From contig JAJPYQ010000046.1 of assembly GCA_021204865.1 (NCBI GenBank), positions 257-64,256 of the forward strand: a DNA stretch of 64,000 bases. The letters run 5' to 3'. The position numbers and the translations under genes were made by a program. This DNA comes from Prevotellaceae bacterium (GTDB lineage Bacteria > Bacteroidota > Bacteroidia > Bacteroidales > Bacteroidaceae). This document shows positions 28,127 through 37,615 of this stretch, one piece after another. The notes below the pieces were generated by a model. That model was not told the DNA's origin, searched no databases, and was given only the letters and a program-made list of their open reading frames with translations. The first letter of the stretch is position 1. Each line of letters opens with the position of its first letter.

Positions 28127-31039
28127 ATGGAAAACTGCGCACAGAGAGATTACGTCCGCCTAAGAGTCAGCAGATGGGATGCTGAAAAGCTTTACGGATA
28201 CATAGTCGATGGGGCGAAAGATGAGGTGGCAGTACGCTATGATGAAGAATATTTACCCGAAATCCTATATAGGGGTGCGAATCTCAACCTTATTCACCCC
28301 ACGGAAACAGACGGCACGCTGCAAGCGGAGCTCATAATATTCGAGCCAGACTACCTTATCGATGTCTCCACCGTTGCCAGCTGTTTCGCCACATACGCTG
28401 AGTCGCCTCTCGTCTCCCTTATAAGCAGGCTCACTCCATCCGCACAGACTGCGCCAATTCTCTTGGGGCGTATGTCTGGGCAACTACTTGACGAAGAGCT
28501 GCACGAGGATAATTTGACTTACGCTGACAGTGCAAGGCTCTTTTTTCGCCACAATGCCATGGCTATTCTCGGCACAGATTTGGACAAAGAGTTTCACGAT
28601 GCGGCAAAGGAGCAAAAGCGGAACATACAGAAAGCCTTGCGTGAATTCCTGCCAAAGATGGCAACAAATTACGACAGTCGTCAGGCTGTTGTGGAGCCGT
28701 CTTTCGTGTCCGAGATGCTTGGCTTGCAGGGCCGTATGGACTTCCTCCAGTTGGATTTCAGCGTGCTGATAGAGCAGAAGTCGGGAAAGGCTGGATACGT
28801 GCCTTGCGCACCGCCTGAAGCACCTCCAAAGCCCGACGAGCAGCACTATGTGCAGATGCTTCTCTATATGGCGATTCTCAAGTACAATTTCAGGGAGCAA
28901 TTCGAGAAAAATGCCCACACTCCTCAGTCTTTCCTGCTATATTCTAAATATCTTCAGCCTTTGCTCCCAATGGGCTTCTCCAAAGACTTGCTGCTGCGTG
29001 CCGTGAAGTTGCGTAACCTGACGGCGGCTCAGGATATGAGGCTTGCGAGAGACGGTTTCGACATACTCTGCGACCTGACGGCAGAAAAACTCTGCACTAA
29101 GGAAATCTCACAGAATTTATGGCAGCCGTACATACGCCCCCAGCTGGAATCCGTGCTGCAACCCATACACAACGCCGAGAAGACGGAGCGGCTTTATGTT
29201 CTCAGACTGCTGCGTTTTCTCGCACGAGAGCATATATTCTCCAAGCTTGGCAATAAGCAGAAAGAAGATTATGGGCTTGCCTCTTTATGGCAGAACACTT
29301 TGCAGGAGAAACTTGCATCGGGCAACATATACGACCGCCTCACGCTTGCCGAGCCAAAAACAAGCGGAGGCAGAGTGGCAAGCGTGTCGCTCAAGTTCAG
29401 TGAGGAGGCAGCTTGCGACACCAGAAACTTCAGGGTCGGGGACATTGTCATGCTGTATCCGTATAAGAAGGGCGAAGAACCAGATGTGCGCAAGACAATA
29501 GTTTTCAGAGGTACTATATCAGAGATTACTGCTGACGGCTTGAGGATAAGGCTGAGGAATGAGCAGACGGACGCAGTTGTCTTTGTACGTGATATTGACA
29601 AGCTGTGGGCTGTGGAGCATGACATTATGGAGTCTTCCTTTAACTCGCTGTATTCTGGGCTTCATTCTTTCCTGAAAGGCCCGCAGAGTAGGCGTGACCT
29701 GCTGATGTTTCGCAAGAAGCCCGAGGTGGATGAAAGCAGGCAATTAAAGGGCGACTATGGGGCTTTCAACGAGATGGTGCTGAGGGCGAAGCAGGCAAAA
29801 GACTTCTTCCTGCTGATTGGCCCGCCAGGAACTGGCAAAACCTCATTCGGCTTGCTGTATATCCTTAGGGAAGCCTTGATGGAGGAAGGCAGTAATGTCT
29901 TGCTGATGGCTTATACAAACCGTGCTGTTGACGAGATATGTGGAAAGTTGAATGGCAGTATCGACTTCATACGCATAGGGTCTTCGGATGGTTGTGCAAA
30001 GGAGTACAGAGAGCATTTGCTTGAGGAAAGCATCGCGGAATGTGCGAACCTTGAGCAGTTGAGGAGCAAAATAATGTCGACACGTGTGTTTGTTGGCACT
30101 GTAAGTGCGTTTAACTCTTGTGGGCAGCTCCTCAGGACAAAATCTTTCTCTCTTGCCATTGTCGACGAGGCCTCGCAGATACTTGAGCCCCACCTTGCCG
30201 CCTTGCTTTCGGCAAAATGCGGAGAGGAGCCCGCAATTGCTAAGTTCGTGTTCATTGGCGACCATAAACAACTACCAGCCGTCGTGCGGCAAAGCAGTGA
30301 GGAGTGTGCGGTAGCAGAGCCTGAGCTTATTGACATCGGGCTGAAGAACTGCCGCCTTTCCCTCTTTGAACGATTGTTGTCACGTTATAGAAACGACCCA
30401 CGGGTGACATATATGCTTACTCATCAGGGCAGAATGCATAGGGACATCGCTGATTTCTCAAGCGAATTCTTTTACGGCGGCAAGCTTAAGGTCGTGCCAC
30501 TTGAGAGGCAGCTTATGCCCTCTGCGGAGGCACGGATAAAGTTCATCGATATTGAGGAAAAAGACTGCGAGCAATCTGAAAAAGTCAATCGGTCCGAGGC
30601 GGAAACAATTGCAGAGATTTTGCGAAAGATATACGAGACGGAGGGCAAAAACTTCAATAGTTTGCGCTCCGTTGGCGTGATTGTCCCGTACCGCAACCAG
30701 ATAGCGACCATCCGTTGTGCGATAGACAAGCTCGGACTGAAGGGGCTGCGTGACATTACCATAGACACTGTGGAGAGATTTCAGGGCAGTCAGAGGCGGA
30801 CAATAGTCTACGGGTTTACGGTGAAAAGGGAAAGTCAGTTAAAGTTTCTTACGGACACCGCATTCCAGGAGGACGGCGTTACCATTGACCGCAAGCTGAA
30901 TGTGGCTATGACACGTGCGGAGGAATTTCTAATATTGGTGGGCAATAACAAAATCCTCGCTCTCAATCCGCTATTCAAGCGCCTTATTGACTTTGTGAAG
31001 GCGAGGGGAGGCTACATATCTGAGGCGGTATCTGGTTAA
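28127..31039 (+). CDS. PD-(D/E)XK nuclease-like domain fused to an SF1 (Dna2/Upf1-type) helicase
   Basis: Start taken at MENCAQ (28127), directly after the upstream stop. N-terminal half has GRMDFLQLDFSVLIEQKSGK (D..ExK) and HYVQMLLY (QxxxY). C-terminal half has Walker A GPPGTGKTS, DEASQ, QGRMH, VERFQGSQR and LNVAMTRA. Confidence 0.8.
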   Translation: MENCAQRDYVRLRVSRWDAEKLYGYIVDGAKDEVAVRYDEEYLPEILYRGANLNLIHPTETDGTLQAELIIFEPDYLIDVSTVASCFATYAESPLVSLISRLTPSAQTAPILLGRMSGQLLDEELHEDNLTYADSARLFFRHNAMAILGTDLDKEFHDAAKEQKRNIQKALREFLPKMATNYDSRQAVVEPSFVSEMLGLQGRMDFLQLDFSVLIEQKSGKAGYVPCAPPEAPPKPDEQHYVQMLLYMAILKYNFREQFEKNAHTPQSFLLYSKYLQPLLPMGFSKDLLLRAVKLRNLTAAQDMRLARDGFDILCDLTAEKLCTKEISQNLWQPYIRPQLESVLQPIHNAEKTERLYVLRLLRFLAREHIFSKLGNKQKEDYGLASLWQNTLQEKLASGNIYDRLTLAEPKTSGGRVASVSLKFSEEAACDTRNFRVGDIVMLYPYKKGEEPDVRKTIVFRGTISEITADGLRIRLRNEQTDAVVFVRDIDKLWAVEHDIMESSFNSLYSGLHSFLKGPQSRRDLLMFRKKPEVDESRQLKGDYGAFNEMVLRAKQAKDFFLLIGPPGTGKTSFGLLYILREALMEEGSNVLLMAYTNRAVDEICGKLNGSIDFIRIGSSDGCAKEYREHLLEESIAECANLEQLRSKIMSTRVFVGTVSAFNSCGQLLRTKSFSLAIVDEASQILEPHLAALLSAKCGEEPAIAKFVFIGDHKQLPAVVRQSSEECAVAEPELIDIGLKNCRLSLFERLLSRYRNDPRVTYMLTHQGRMHRDIADFSSEFFYGGKLKVVPLERQLMPSAEARIKFIDIEEKDCEQSEKVNRSEAETIAEILRKIYETEGKNFNSLRSVGVIVPYRNQIATIRCAIDKLGLKGLRDITIDTVERFQGSQRRTIVYGFTVKRESQLKFLTDTAFQEDGVTIDRKLNVAMTRAEEFLILVGNNKILALNPLFKRLIDFVKARGGYISEAVSG

Positions 31040-31109
31040 GCTCCAAGGCATTAGATAGCTGTTTATGACTTTGGCTTAGAGCAGGAAACCTTGCTGAAGA
31101 TAGCGCTGT

Positions 31110-33722
31110 CTATCTCATTATAACTTTCTTTTTATGTGTTCCGTAGTCGATAATGTATGTGCCTTTTAGCTTGCCAGAGCCAATGCGTTGACCATTCATA
31201 TTGTAAATTCGTATAGTTTCTTTTCCATTTGCCTCTATCGAAGAGACTTTATCTGAGCTCATACAATCCACTTCTTTATAATCGCTCCATTCTGATAATG
31301 CCTCATCGTATATTGCCCTTACCCTGTACTTATAATGCGATGCGCTGAGATTGCTGAAGGTATAGCTTTTCTCGCAAACCCCACTCACTGTTATTGTCTC
31401 CGCTGGCGTGATGATTGAGCCGAGAATGGAGCCCAGCCCAGATGAGGAACTGATGTCCTCGGCGGAGAATACACCGTCGTATGCCGTAAAGCTTGTCATA
31501 TAGTATGGCGAGCGGCATATTAGGCATACATAGCACTCGTTTTCCGTGATGTCCTCGAAGTTAAGCACATAGTCGGAAGCGCTTTCTGTGCCGTTCACGA
31601 AACAAGAGCAAATGGTGTCGCTCGTTAAGCTTATAATAGAGACCTGCATAGGAGTGGCTGTGCTGTCAGTAGCCAGCAAGCCGAGCTTAAGAGTGAGGCT
31701 GCCTGCGCTAAGAGACAGTAAAGGGGTTTGCAGGCGTCCTGTATAGCCTGCCTTGCCTATTTTCGCCCCGTACTGCGAGGTGTATATCTTCTCGCCGCTC
31801 CATCCGCTTGTTTGCGTGTAAGAGTCCATGTATATGGAGACATCCATCACCCCGTCTCCGTATATGGAATCGGATACGAATGTGCTGCAGTTCTCGCTCA
31901 GCAATATGCTTGTCAGTGCGCTTTTGTCCTTAATTTCCTTGGCTTCCACCGTGAAGGAGTCAACATCTTCCTCTGTTTCCCACGTGATTCTGAAGCTATG
32001 CTCACCCAGTACTTCCGCCTCGTTCAGAACAGGGGTAGGCACATATATGCCTCCCATAAAGTCGAATGATACCAGTCCTTTGTTGTCCTTTATGTTTGTG
32101 AGTGGCTTGTCGATGTAGTAGTTTCCCTCATCATCAGTATTGAACCATTCCCCACCGACACTCAGGTGGGATGTGTTTGTTAGTTCAGTGACCTTTGAAT
32201 TGCCGGGGAATGGGTCTCCTTTGAGATCATTTTCAGTTGTGGAGTATTGAACGCCTGAACTGTTGGTATATTGTGAACCATAACCATTGTCAGCTGGAAT
32301 TATGCTCATTCTCTGATGCTTTGCTAAAGTGTTCACAATATTAGCGTACCAATACATCGGGGAGTAATCCACGTGTGTGACCAGCAATCCGTGGCAGTCA
32401 GAGTATTGTTTCACGTATGTGAACCATCCTTCGTTCTGCCTGTTCTCCAGCAATAAATATTCGTCAGGATAGTTGTCGTTGCTTATCTTGTATGCCACAG
32501 GCTCATCACCAAGGCATGGCATATCCTTTACCCTCGTCATCCCGCTTAGTTCTGTGAGGGACATCCAACCACAGTACCATCTCTCGTAGGCTGTGTATCC
32601 ACAAGGAATCTCGCTGTTCCCGTTAGGTCCATTGTAACAGCCCATATCCATCACGTCCCACGAGTCCATGCCGAAGCCTCCACCGTAGTTCACGTCATAG
32701 AAGTCTGGCAAGCCCAGACAATGGCTGAACTCGTGGCATGCCGTACCTATGCCATCAGGGGTTGTACCAGTTGTTCCCGTCAGTTCGGCGGTGCAGGCGT
32801 ATGTGTTTATGTTTACTCCGTCAAGACATATTATTCCCTCTCCGTCACCGTATGCCGCGGCAGAACTTAGGTTATATTCGTGAGGCCAGATGGTGTATGA
32901 AGGTGCGCCCGCATTCTCTCCGTAACCTGCATAGATGACAAAAACCTGATCCACCTCTCCGTCGCCGTCCCAGTCGTAGTCAGCGAAATCAACTAAGTCA
33001 TCCACCAGTCTGCAGGCTTCTATTACCATTTCGCCTGGATGAGCATCGAGATCGTAATGGTTGTTGGCACCGTAATAAGACATTTTCTCACTTACAGTCA
33101 CGGGTCCAACCACGTCGAATGTAAGATCGAATTGTCCGTAGCTTTGGTCGAAGAAGTAATCATGTACCGAGCCGATGTGATAGTTCTCATTGTAGCCCTC
33201 CTTATTGAACATTTCGGTGAAAGTAACGTTAGGGTCAGTTCCGCTCATGGAGCAGTCAGTGAAGTTCACTAAAATCACAAGTCCTTTCTTGCTTCCTTGG
33301 TACGCCAAGGCACGCTGAACCAGGCTCTTCGCCCTTATGCGCATAGGGTGATTTCCATCATCCTCTTGCATTCTATGCAAGGTTTCGCATTGTTTTGCTA
33401 TTATCTCAAGAGCCTTGCCTTTGTGCTGTGCCACGAGAGCCGTTTCCTCTTCGTTTCTCTCTTCTGCGTTGTGTGCTAGCAGGTTACTGACGGTTAATGT
33501 TGAGTCGCCACTAAGGGCATAATAATAAGAGAGATCTTCCCCTTGCATTATTGGTACGCCATCATCTGTCAGGAAGTAGTGATAATGCTCGTCGCCACGG
33601 AGATATACTGTTACCGTCGTCCTGTCCTTTTGTAATACTGTCATAGGCAATGGTCTGGCTGGCACGGCTTTTGAGCCGAGGGAAAAGAGCGCAGTCACCA
33701 GTAAAAGAAAGTATCTCCTCAT
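31110..33722 (-). CDS. M6-like (immune inhibitor A-type) zinc metalloprotease with a T9SS C-terminal sorting domain
   Basis: Zinc site ACHEFSHCLGLPDFYD. C-terminal IRIYNMNGQRI...GTYIIDYGTHKKKVIMR is CTD-like. Start moved to MRRYFLLLVTALFSLG (33722) because the longer track ORF reads through the terminator hairpin at 33734-33766. Confidence 0.75.
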   Translation of the reverse strand: MRRYFLLLVTALFSLGSKAVPARPLPMTVLQKDRTTVTVYLRGDEHYHYFLTDDGVPIMQGEDLSYYYALSGDSTLTVSNLLAHNAEERNEEETALVAQHKGKALEIIAKQCETLHRMQEDDGNHPMRIRAKSLVQRALAYQGSKKGLVILVNFTDCSMSGTDPNVTFTEMFNKEGYNENYHIGSVHDYFFDQSYGQFDLTFDVVGPVTVSEKMSYYGANNHYDLDAHPGEMVIEACRLVDDLVDFADYDWDGDGEVDQVFVIYAGYGENAGAPSYTIWPHEYNLSSAAAYGDGEGIICLDGVNINTYACTAELTGTTGTTPDGIGTACHEFSHCLGLPDFYDVNYGGGFGMDSWDVMDMGCYNGPNGNSEIPCGYTAYERWYCGWMSLTELSGMTRVKDMPCLGDEPVAYKISNDNYPDEYLLLENRQNEGWFTYVKQYSDCHGLLVTHVDYSPMYWYANIVNTLAKHQRMSIIPADNGYGSQYTNSSGVQYSTTENDLKGDPFPGNSKVTELTNTSHLSVGGEWFNTDDEGNYYIDKPLTNIKDNKGLVSFDFMGGIYVPTPVLNEAEVLGEHSFRITWETEEDVDSFTVEAKEIKDKSALTSILLSENCSTFVSDSIYGDGVMDVSIYMDSYTQTSGWSGEKIYTSQYGAKIGKAGYTGRLQTPLLSLSAGSLTLKLGLLATDSTATPMQVSIISLTSDTICSCFVNGTESASDYVLNFEDITENECYVCLICRSPYYMTSFTAYDGVFSAEDISSSSGLGSILGSIITPAETITVSGVCEKSYTFSNLSASHYKYRVRAIYDEALSEWSDYKEVDCMSSDKVSSIEANGKETIRIYNMNGQRIGSGKLKGTYIIDYGTHKKKVIMR

Positions 33723-33733
33723 AACAAAAGAAA

Positions 33734-33766
33734 AAGCCCCATAGGAATATTGCACCTATGGGGCTT
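33734..33766 (-). terminator. rho-independent terminator closing the 12-gene minus-strand cluster
   Basis: Perfect 12-bp stem AAGCCCCATAGG / CCTATGGGGCTT with a 9-nt loop. On the minus strand it is followed by TTTTCTTTTGTT. It sits 14 nt after the stop of the last cluster gene. Confidence 0.75.
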
Positions 33767-33779
33767 AGGTAATAATGTT

Positions 33780-35384
33780 TTAGTTCAAAGTTCTTGACTG
33801 TTTATGTGCTTTCTCGTTACGAGGAGTTTGCTTAGGAGTATCAAGCATTATCAAATTTTCAATATAATTTGACTGCTGGATATTCGAACTCTTTGCATTT
33901 GCTCTGCCGTTTTGACGGTAACAATTCCCATTGTTAAGGGGATTACGCCCTTTGAAGGCATTTGTGTTCAAACGGTCAGTGACTTTTGTATTAGGTGACA
34001 GGCTTGGTGCATACATCAAATCAGCATCTATAAATGATACACAGGGATAACCACTTTCCTCACCCCAAACTACGACACAGGTTGTATAGTCTGAAGAAAA
34101 GTAGTAATAGTATCCATATATATTGTCTAATTCGATGTATTTTGTTCCGACTTCAGCCAGCAAATCATCTATAGAAGTAGTGCTACCGTCGTAGTATACA
34201 TCCGTCTCAAACAAACCAGTAGTGGCAGAAGTGAAGTAGTAATCTATCTCGATCTCGTAGCCATTGCCATCATAGCCGAGAGCATAAGAGCCATCACTTG
34301 TGATTTCTGCACTCCCAGTCGAGCCATAGTACATATTGTAGCCACTCATAAACGTCTGAACGGCTGAAACTGTACCTCCCCATGTCGTGTATACATCAGG
34401 TATATAGGAAATAGTAGTGGTGTTACCGCCGCCAGTGTAGTGAGTAAGGTTGTCGAGCCAAGCGTCATATCCGCTCTTCTCACCGAAGTAGGTTGTTGCA
34501 GCTGTGTTGTCGCCATTGTAGCTCATTCCACCGTAGTATGTCTTGCCGTCTTCAAGCGCAGAGGTGCCCGCGTTGCTGTTGTAGTGGGTATACGTTGTTG
34601 TGCCTGCATTTTCGCTCTTCTGGAACACGAACTCCCAATCAATTGATGCATCGAGAAGATATCTTGTGTGTCTGATGGAGCTTTCGCTGCTCACTGTCAC
34701 TTTGTCACGGAGCATGAAGTATCCCGTGTTAGTGAGGTCGAGATTAAATTTCTCGTCCCTTGAGAGGCTTGGATCTAAGCTATACGAATCTGTTATGTCT
34801 ATAGTGCCGAAGCCGACGTATGGATATGACGACTGGTCGTAGTCTAAATATGTCAGTTCCACAAGTGAGCCAATAGCTTCTGGAGTCACGCTGATGGTGC
34901 TGTTGCTTGAGATGTTAGCCTCGGTGGTGCATACGCCAAGTACGTAGGGATAAGTCACTTGAGCGCCTTCCACTGATATTTTCAAAGTCTTAAGGCTAAG
35001 AGTGTCTGTATACTCCCAATAGTAGGGGAGATAGTCGTCTTCCTCGTCTACTGCTGTCTCTATCGTCACGAAGGTGTACTTTCCACCCTCCAGTTGAAAC
35101 TCTTGTTTAGCTACGTTCAGTGAATATTGGCATGTTGTCTGGCTGGTCACCAGTTGGTTGTCAGCGTCGTAGACGTAAGTCTTAACGCTTATGGCTGATG
35201 TCTGGTCTCTCACGAAGTCAAGCATATCGCTGACTAAGTCAAATGTTTCATACATACTCTGCGTGGTGACATTATAGGTCACAGTGCTTAGCGAGCCGAC
35301 AGTTTCTATCTCTATGTCATCGTTTGAGCAAGAGGTGACGAACAACGTTGTAAGCGCAATCGCGGCAAATATAATCTTTTTCAT
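33780..35384 (-). CDS. hypothetical lipoprotein (last gene of the cluster)
   Basis: MKKIIFAAIALTTLFVTSC lipobox. Thr/Tyr/Ser-rich beta-type sequence. No family recognised. Confidence 0.6.
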   Translation of the reverse strand: MKKIIFAAIALTTLFVTSCSNDDIEIETVGSLSTVTYNVTTQSMYETFDLVSDMLDFVRDQTSAISVKTYVYDADNQLVTSQTTCQYSLNVAKQEFQLEGGKYTFVTIETAVDEEDDYLPYYWEYTDTLSLKTLKISVEGAQVTYPYVLGVCTTEANISSNSTISVTPEAIGSLVELTYLDYDQSSYPYVGFGTIDITDSYSLDPSLSRDEKFNLDLTNTGYFMLRDKVTVSSESSIRHTRYLLDASIDWEFVFQKSENAGTTTYTHYNSNAGTSALEDGKTYYGGMSYNGDNTAATTYFGEKSGYDAWLDNLTHYTGGGNTTTISYIPDVYTTWGGTVSAVQTFMSGYNMYYGSTGSAEITSDGSYALGYDGNGYEIEIDYYFTSATTGLFETDVYYDGSTTSIDDLLAEVGTKYIELDNIYGYYYYFSSDYTTCVVVWGEESGYPCVSFIDADLMYAPSLSPNTKVTDRLNTNAFKGRNPLNNGNCYRQNGRANAKSSNIQQSNYIENLIMLDTPKQTPRNEKAHKQSRTLN

Positions 35385-35414
35385 AGTTATAGTTGTTTAA
35401 TGTTGTTTATCGTT

Positions 35415-36155
35415 TTAGAACTTGCACACGCTGAACATCCACGACAGGGATATCTCCAGAGAGCCCATCTTGCAGGGCATATTACCAGCCAACTTGCTTG
35501 TGCCGATGTTGTAGCGAGCGTTGATATCAAGCCCGGTGTTTGGAATAGTGTAGCCTAGACCCACGAGAGGGTGTATGTCCATAGGCTTCAGCTTACTGCC
35601 GTCTGTGTCAAGATTGTAAGTCACACTCGAATAATCTGGGCTTGGATCCTGAACGCTGAGACTCTTTGGGCTGCGGGAGAGCGCTGCTCCAAACGAAACT
35701 CCAGCCTCTATATAGAATGAGTTCATGCTGCTCATCTTGGCGCATGGATACACGTGAACGTAGATAGGCACTTCAAAGTAGCTGACCGAGAGGCTTGCCT
35801 TCTCCTTCCCTTTCTCGTCGGTACCCAAGGTCTTGACGCTGTTGTTCTTGTACTTAAGTTCCCAGCCAATGCCGAAAAGACCAGTGCCTCCAGCAGAGTT
35901 GCGGGTGGCTTTGCCCAGTCTCAATTTCATGGCAACGCCTGCTGAGTATCCAATACCCATAGCGTCGTAGAGGTCGCCCTCGTTGGGCTGTGTCATGCTC
36001 GAAAGAGTGAGACCTATCTTCGGTCCCATATAGAAGCCATTCCACTTCCGCTTGACTGGGATGGTTTCCTCTTCTCCGTCGTCAATTTGTGCGAACATTG
36101 GCGCCGCAGTGAGCAGGGCCAACAGCAAGATTGTAATTTTCTTCATACTCCTCAT
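35415..36155 (-). CDS. small outer-membrane beta-barrel protein (OmpA-barrel / porin-like)
   Basis: Signal peptide ...APMFAQ, alternating hydrophobic strands (GIGWELKY, VSFGAAL, GLGYTI), and a C-terminal aromatic residue ...SVCKF. Confidence 0.65.
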   Translation of the reverse strand: MRSMKKITILLLALLTAAPMFAQIDDGEEETIPVKRKWNGFYMGPKIGLTLSSMTQPNEGDLYDAMGIGYSAGVAMKLRLGKATRNSAGGTGLFGIGWELKYKNNSVKTLGTDEKGKEKASLSVSYFEVPIYVHVYPCAKMSSMNSFYIEAGVSFGAALSRSPKSLSVQDPSPDYSSVTYNLDTDGSKLKPMDIHPLVGLGYTIPNTGLDINARYNIGTSKLAGNMPCKMGSLEISLSWMFSVCKF

Positions 36156-36190
36156 TTAATTATTAGGATTAATAAATAGTAAAATTATTT

Positions 36191-37615
36191 TTAGTAGGGT
36201 ACACCATCATCTGGACAACGATCAGAAAATGTGTGGGTTTTGTCTATAACCTTGCCGCAGTACGAGCATGTCTTGTGTGCCCCGTTGTTTGGACAATAGT
36301 CGTCCCCTTTCTTTGTGCTGTCTATGAGTCTCTTGCAGATAGAACATCTCTTTTGCTGAGTTGGGGGTGGAGTCGAACCGCCACCAATTGGTTTGGGTTC
36401 TGTGAATGTATAGGTGACAGAACCCTCATAGAGCAGAAGGTCGTCGCAGCTAACACTTAGCTGGTAATCCATATTGCCAGCTTTGGCTGGTGTCACCGTG
36501 AAGGAATATTCATCTTTTCCTCCCGATTTTGTAGCTTTATACTCTGTGCCTTTGCCATCTTTTACCATCACAGTCATTGTGTTGTTTTTCCATACGTCAG
36601 GAACAGAAAGGGTGAACTTGCACGTCTGAGGTTTCTTGTCGCACGTAAGTTTTTGGCTTTCGGCGATCGCACTGAAACTGCCATTGTCCACATAGCGTAG
36701 TATGCCTTTGTGGTCGTTCTTCTCCACTACAGCCAAATCGTCTATGAACGATGTGGCATACGAAAGTTGGCAGGGAAGTATGATGTTGTCACCGTCAGCA
36801 TAGCCATATCTGCCGTCGTCGTCCTTGTTGGGAGACAGACCGACACTGCCTGTGGAGATTTGTTTTGTGAATGGAATCTCCTTGTTTTTTCCAGTGATGC
36901 ATGAAAAGCGCGAGAGATAGTCGAACGAACTCTTGTCGGGAACTTTAGCTTTAGCGCATTTTTCTTTCGTGTGAACGTCGTATGTGTAGGTGCGCCCGTA
37001 GCTGTCTACAATGTAGGCTTTCCCTTGGTAGACGCTTGTTATCACGGCTACGTCGGCAACTCTTGGCAGCTCAATGTACATCCTTGTGCCTTTTTTGTTG
37101 ATGAGCTGGTATTTGCCATTTGCTGCTCGAACAGCGGCATAGCCCTCCACGAAAGGCTTTATGAGGTTGTATTTATCGTCGAAGCCTAAGACTGCATAGC
37201 CCTTATCGTCGATATAGCCCACACGCCCTTGCTCATCGCGCACTGAAAGGAGACCATCAGAGAAGAAGTTCTGCCCTGTCAGTGTGTAGTATTTGCTGCC
37301 GAGGCTGTTATACACGCCGTCATCAGTCAGGTAGCCGTTTATTATTTCTCCCTTGTCATCGAAGGAAGTCAAGAGGGCTTTATGCTCATAGAAGCCTGTT
37401 ATATTGTTATTGATCAGTGGCGCAACCTCCTTGCCGCTTGCATCGATGAGGCCCAGCAGTTTGTTGCTTCTCACCTTGTAAAGGTTCTCTTTCACTCTTT
37501 CGATGCTCTGGTAGTCTGCGTCTGCATTGGGCTTCATTTGCCATACAACAGTCTGCCCCATAGCGCTCAGCCAGCACGAAGCTGTGGCTAAAACTATTAT
37601 AATCCTATTCTTCAT
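36191..37615 (-). CDS. WG-repeat (KWG-type) protein with two C-terminal CxxC...C zinc-ribbon-like motifs
   Basis: Signal peptide MKNRIIIVLATASCWLSAMGQ. Repeated units GLIDASGKEV, GYIDDKGYAVLGFDDKYNLIKPFVEGYAAV, YQLINKKG and YGYADGDNIILP. Tail CSICKRLI...YCPNNGAHKTCSYCGKVI...RCPDDG. A 4-nt ATGA overlap joins it to the upstream PP2C gene. Confidence 0.65.
   Translation of the reverse strand: MKNRIIIVLATASCWLSAMGQTVVWQMKPNADADYQSIERVKENLYKVRSNKLLGLIDASGKEVAPLINNNITGFYEHKALLTSFDDKGEIINGYLTDDGVYNSLGSKYYTLTGQNFFSDGLLSVRDEQGRVGYIDDKGYAVLGFDDKYNLIKPFVEGYAAVRAANGKYQLINKKGTRMYIELPRVADVAVITSVYQGKAYIVDSYGRTYTYDVHTKEKCAKAKVPDKSSFDYLSRFSCITGKNKEIPFTKQISTGSVGLSPNKDDDGRYGYADGDNIILPCQLSYATSFIDDLAVVEKNDHKGILRYVDNGSFSAIAESQKLTCDKKPQTCKFTLSVPDVWKNNTMTVMVKDGKGTEYKATKSGGKDEYSFTVTPAKAGNMDYQLSVSCDDLLLYEGSVTYTFTEPKPIGGGSTPPPTQQKRCSICKRLIDSTKKGDDYCPNNGAHKTCSYCGKVIDKTHTFSDRCPDDGVPY

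Noticed and set aside
31040-31110. Integrase, tRNA or att-like direct repeats at the edges of the AT-rich block (also 48560-48694).
   Set aside because: None was found by eye at either boundary, so the block is reported only as a compositional anomaly and not as a defined mobile element.
33723-33755. N-terminal extension MQYSYGAFSFV of the M6 protease ORF.
   Set aside because: These codons are the descending arm of the 12-bp-stem terminator of the upstream cluster. MRRYFLLLV at 33722 gives a normal signal peptide.
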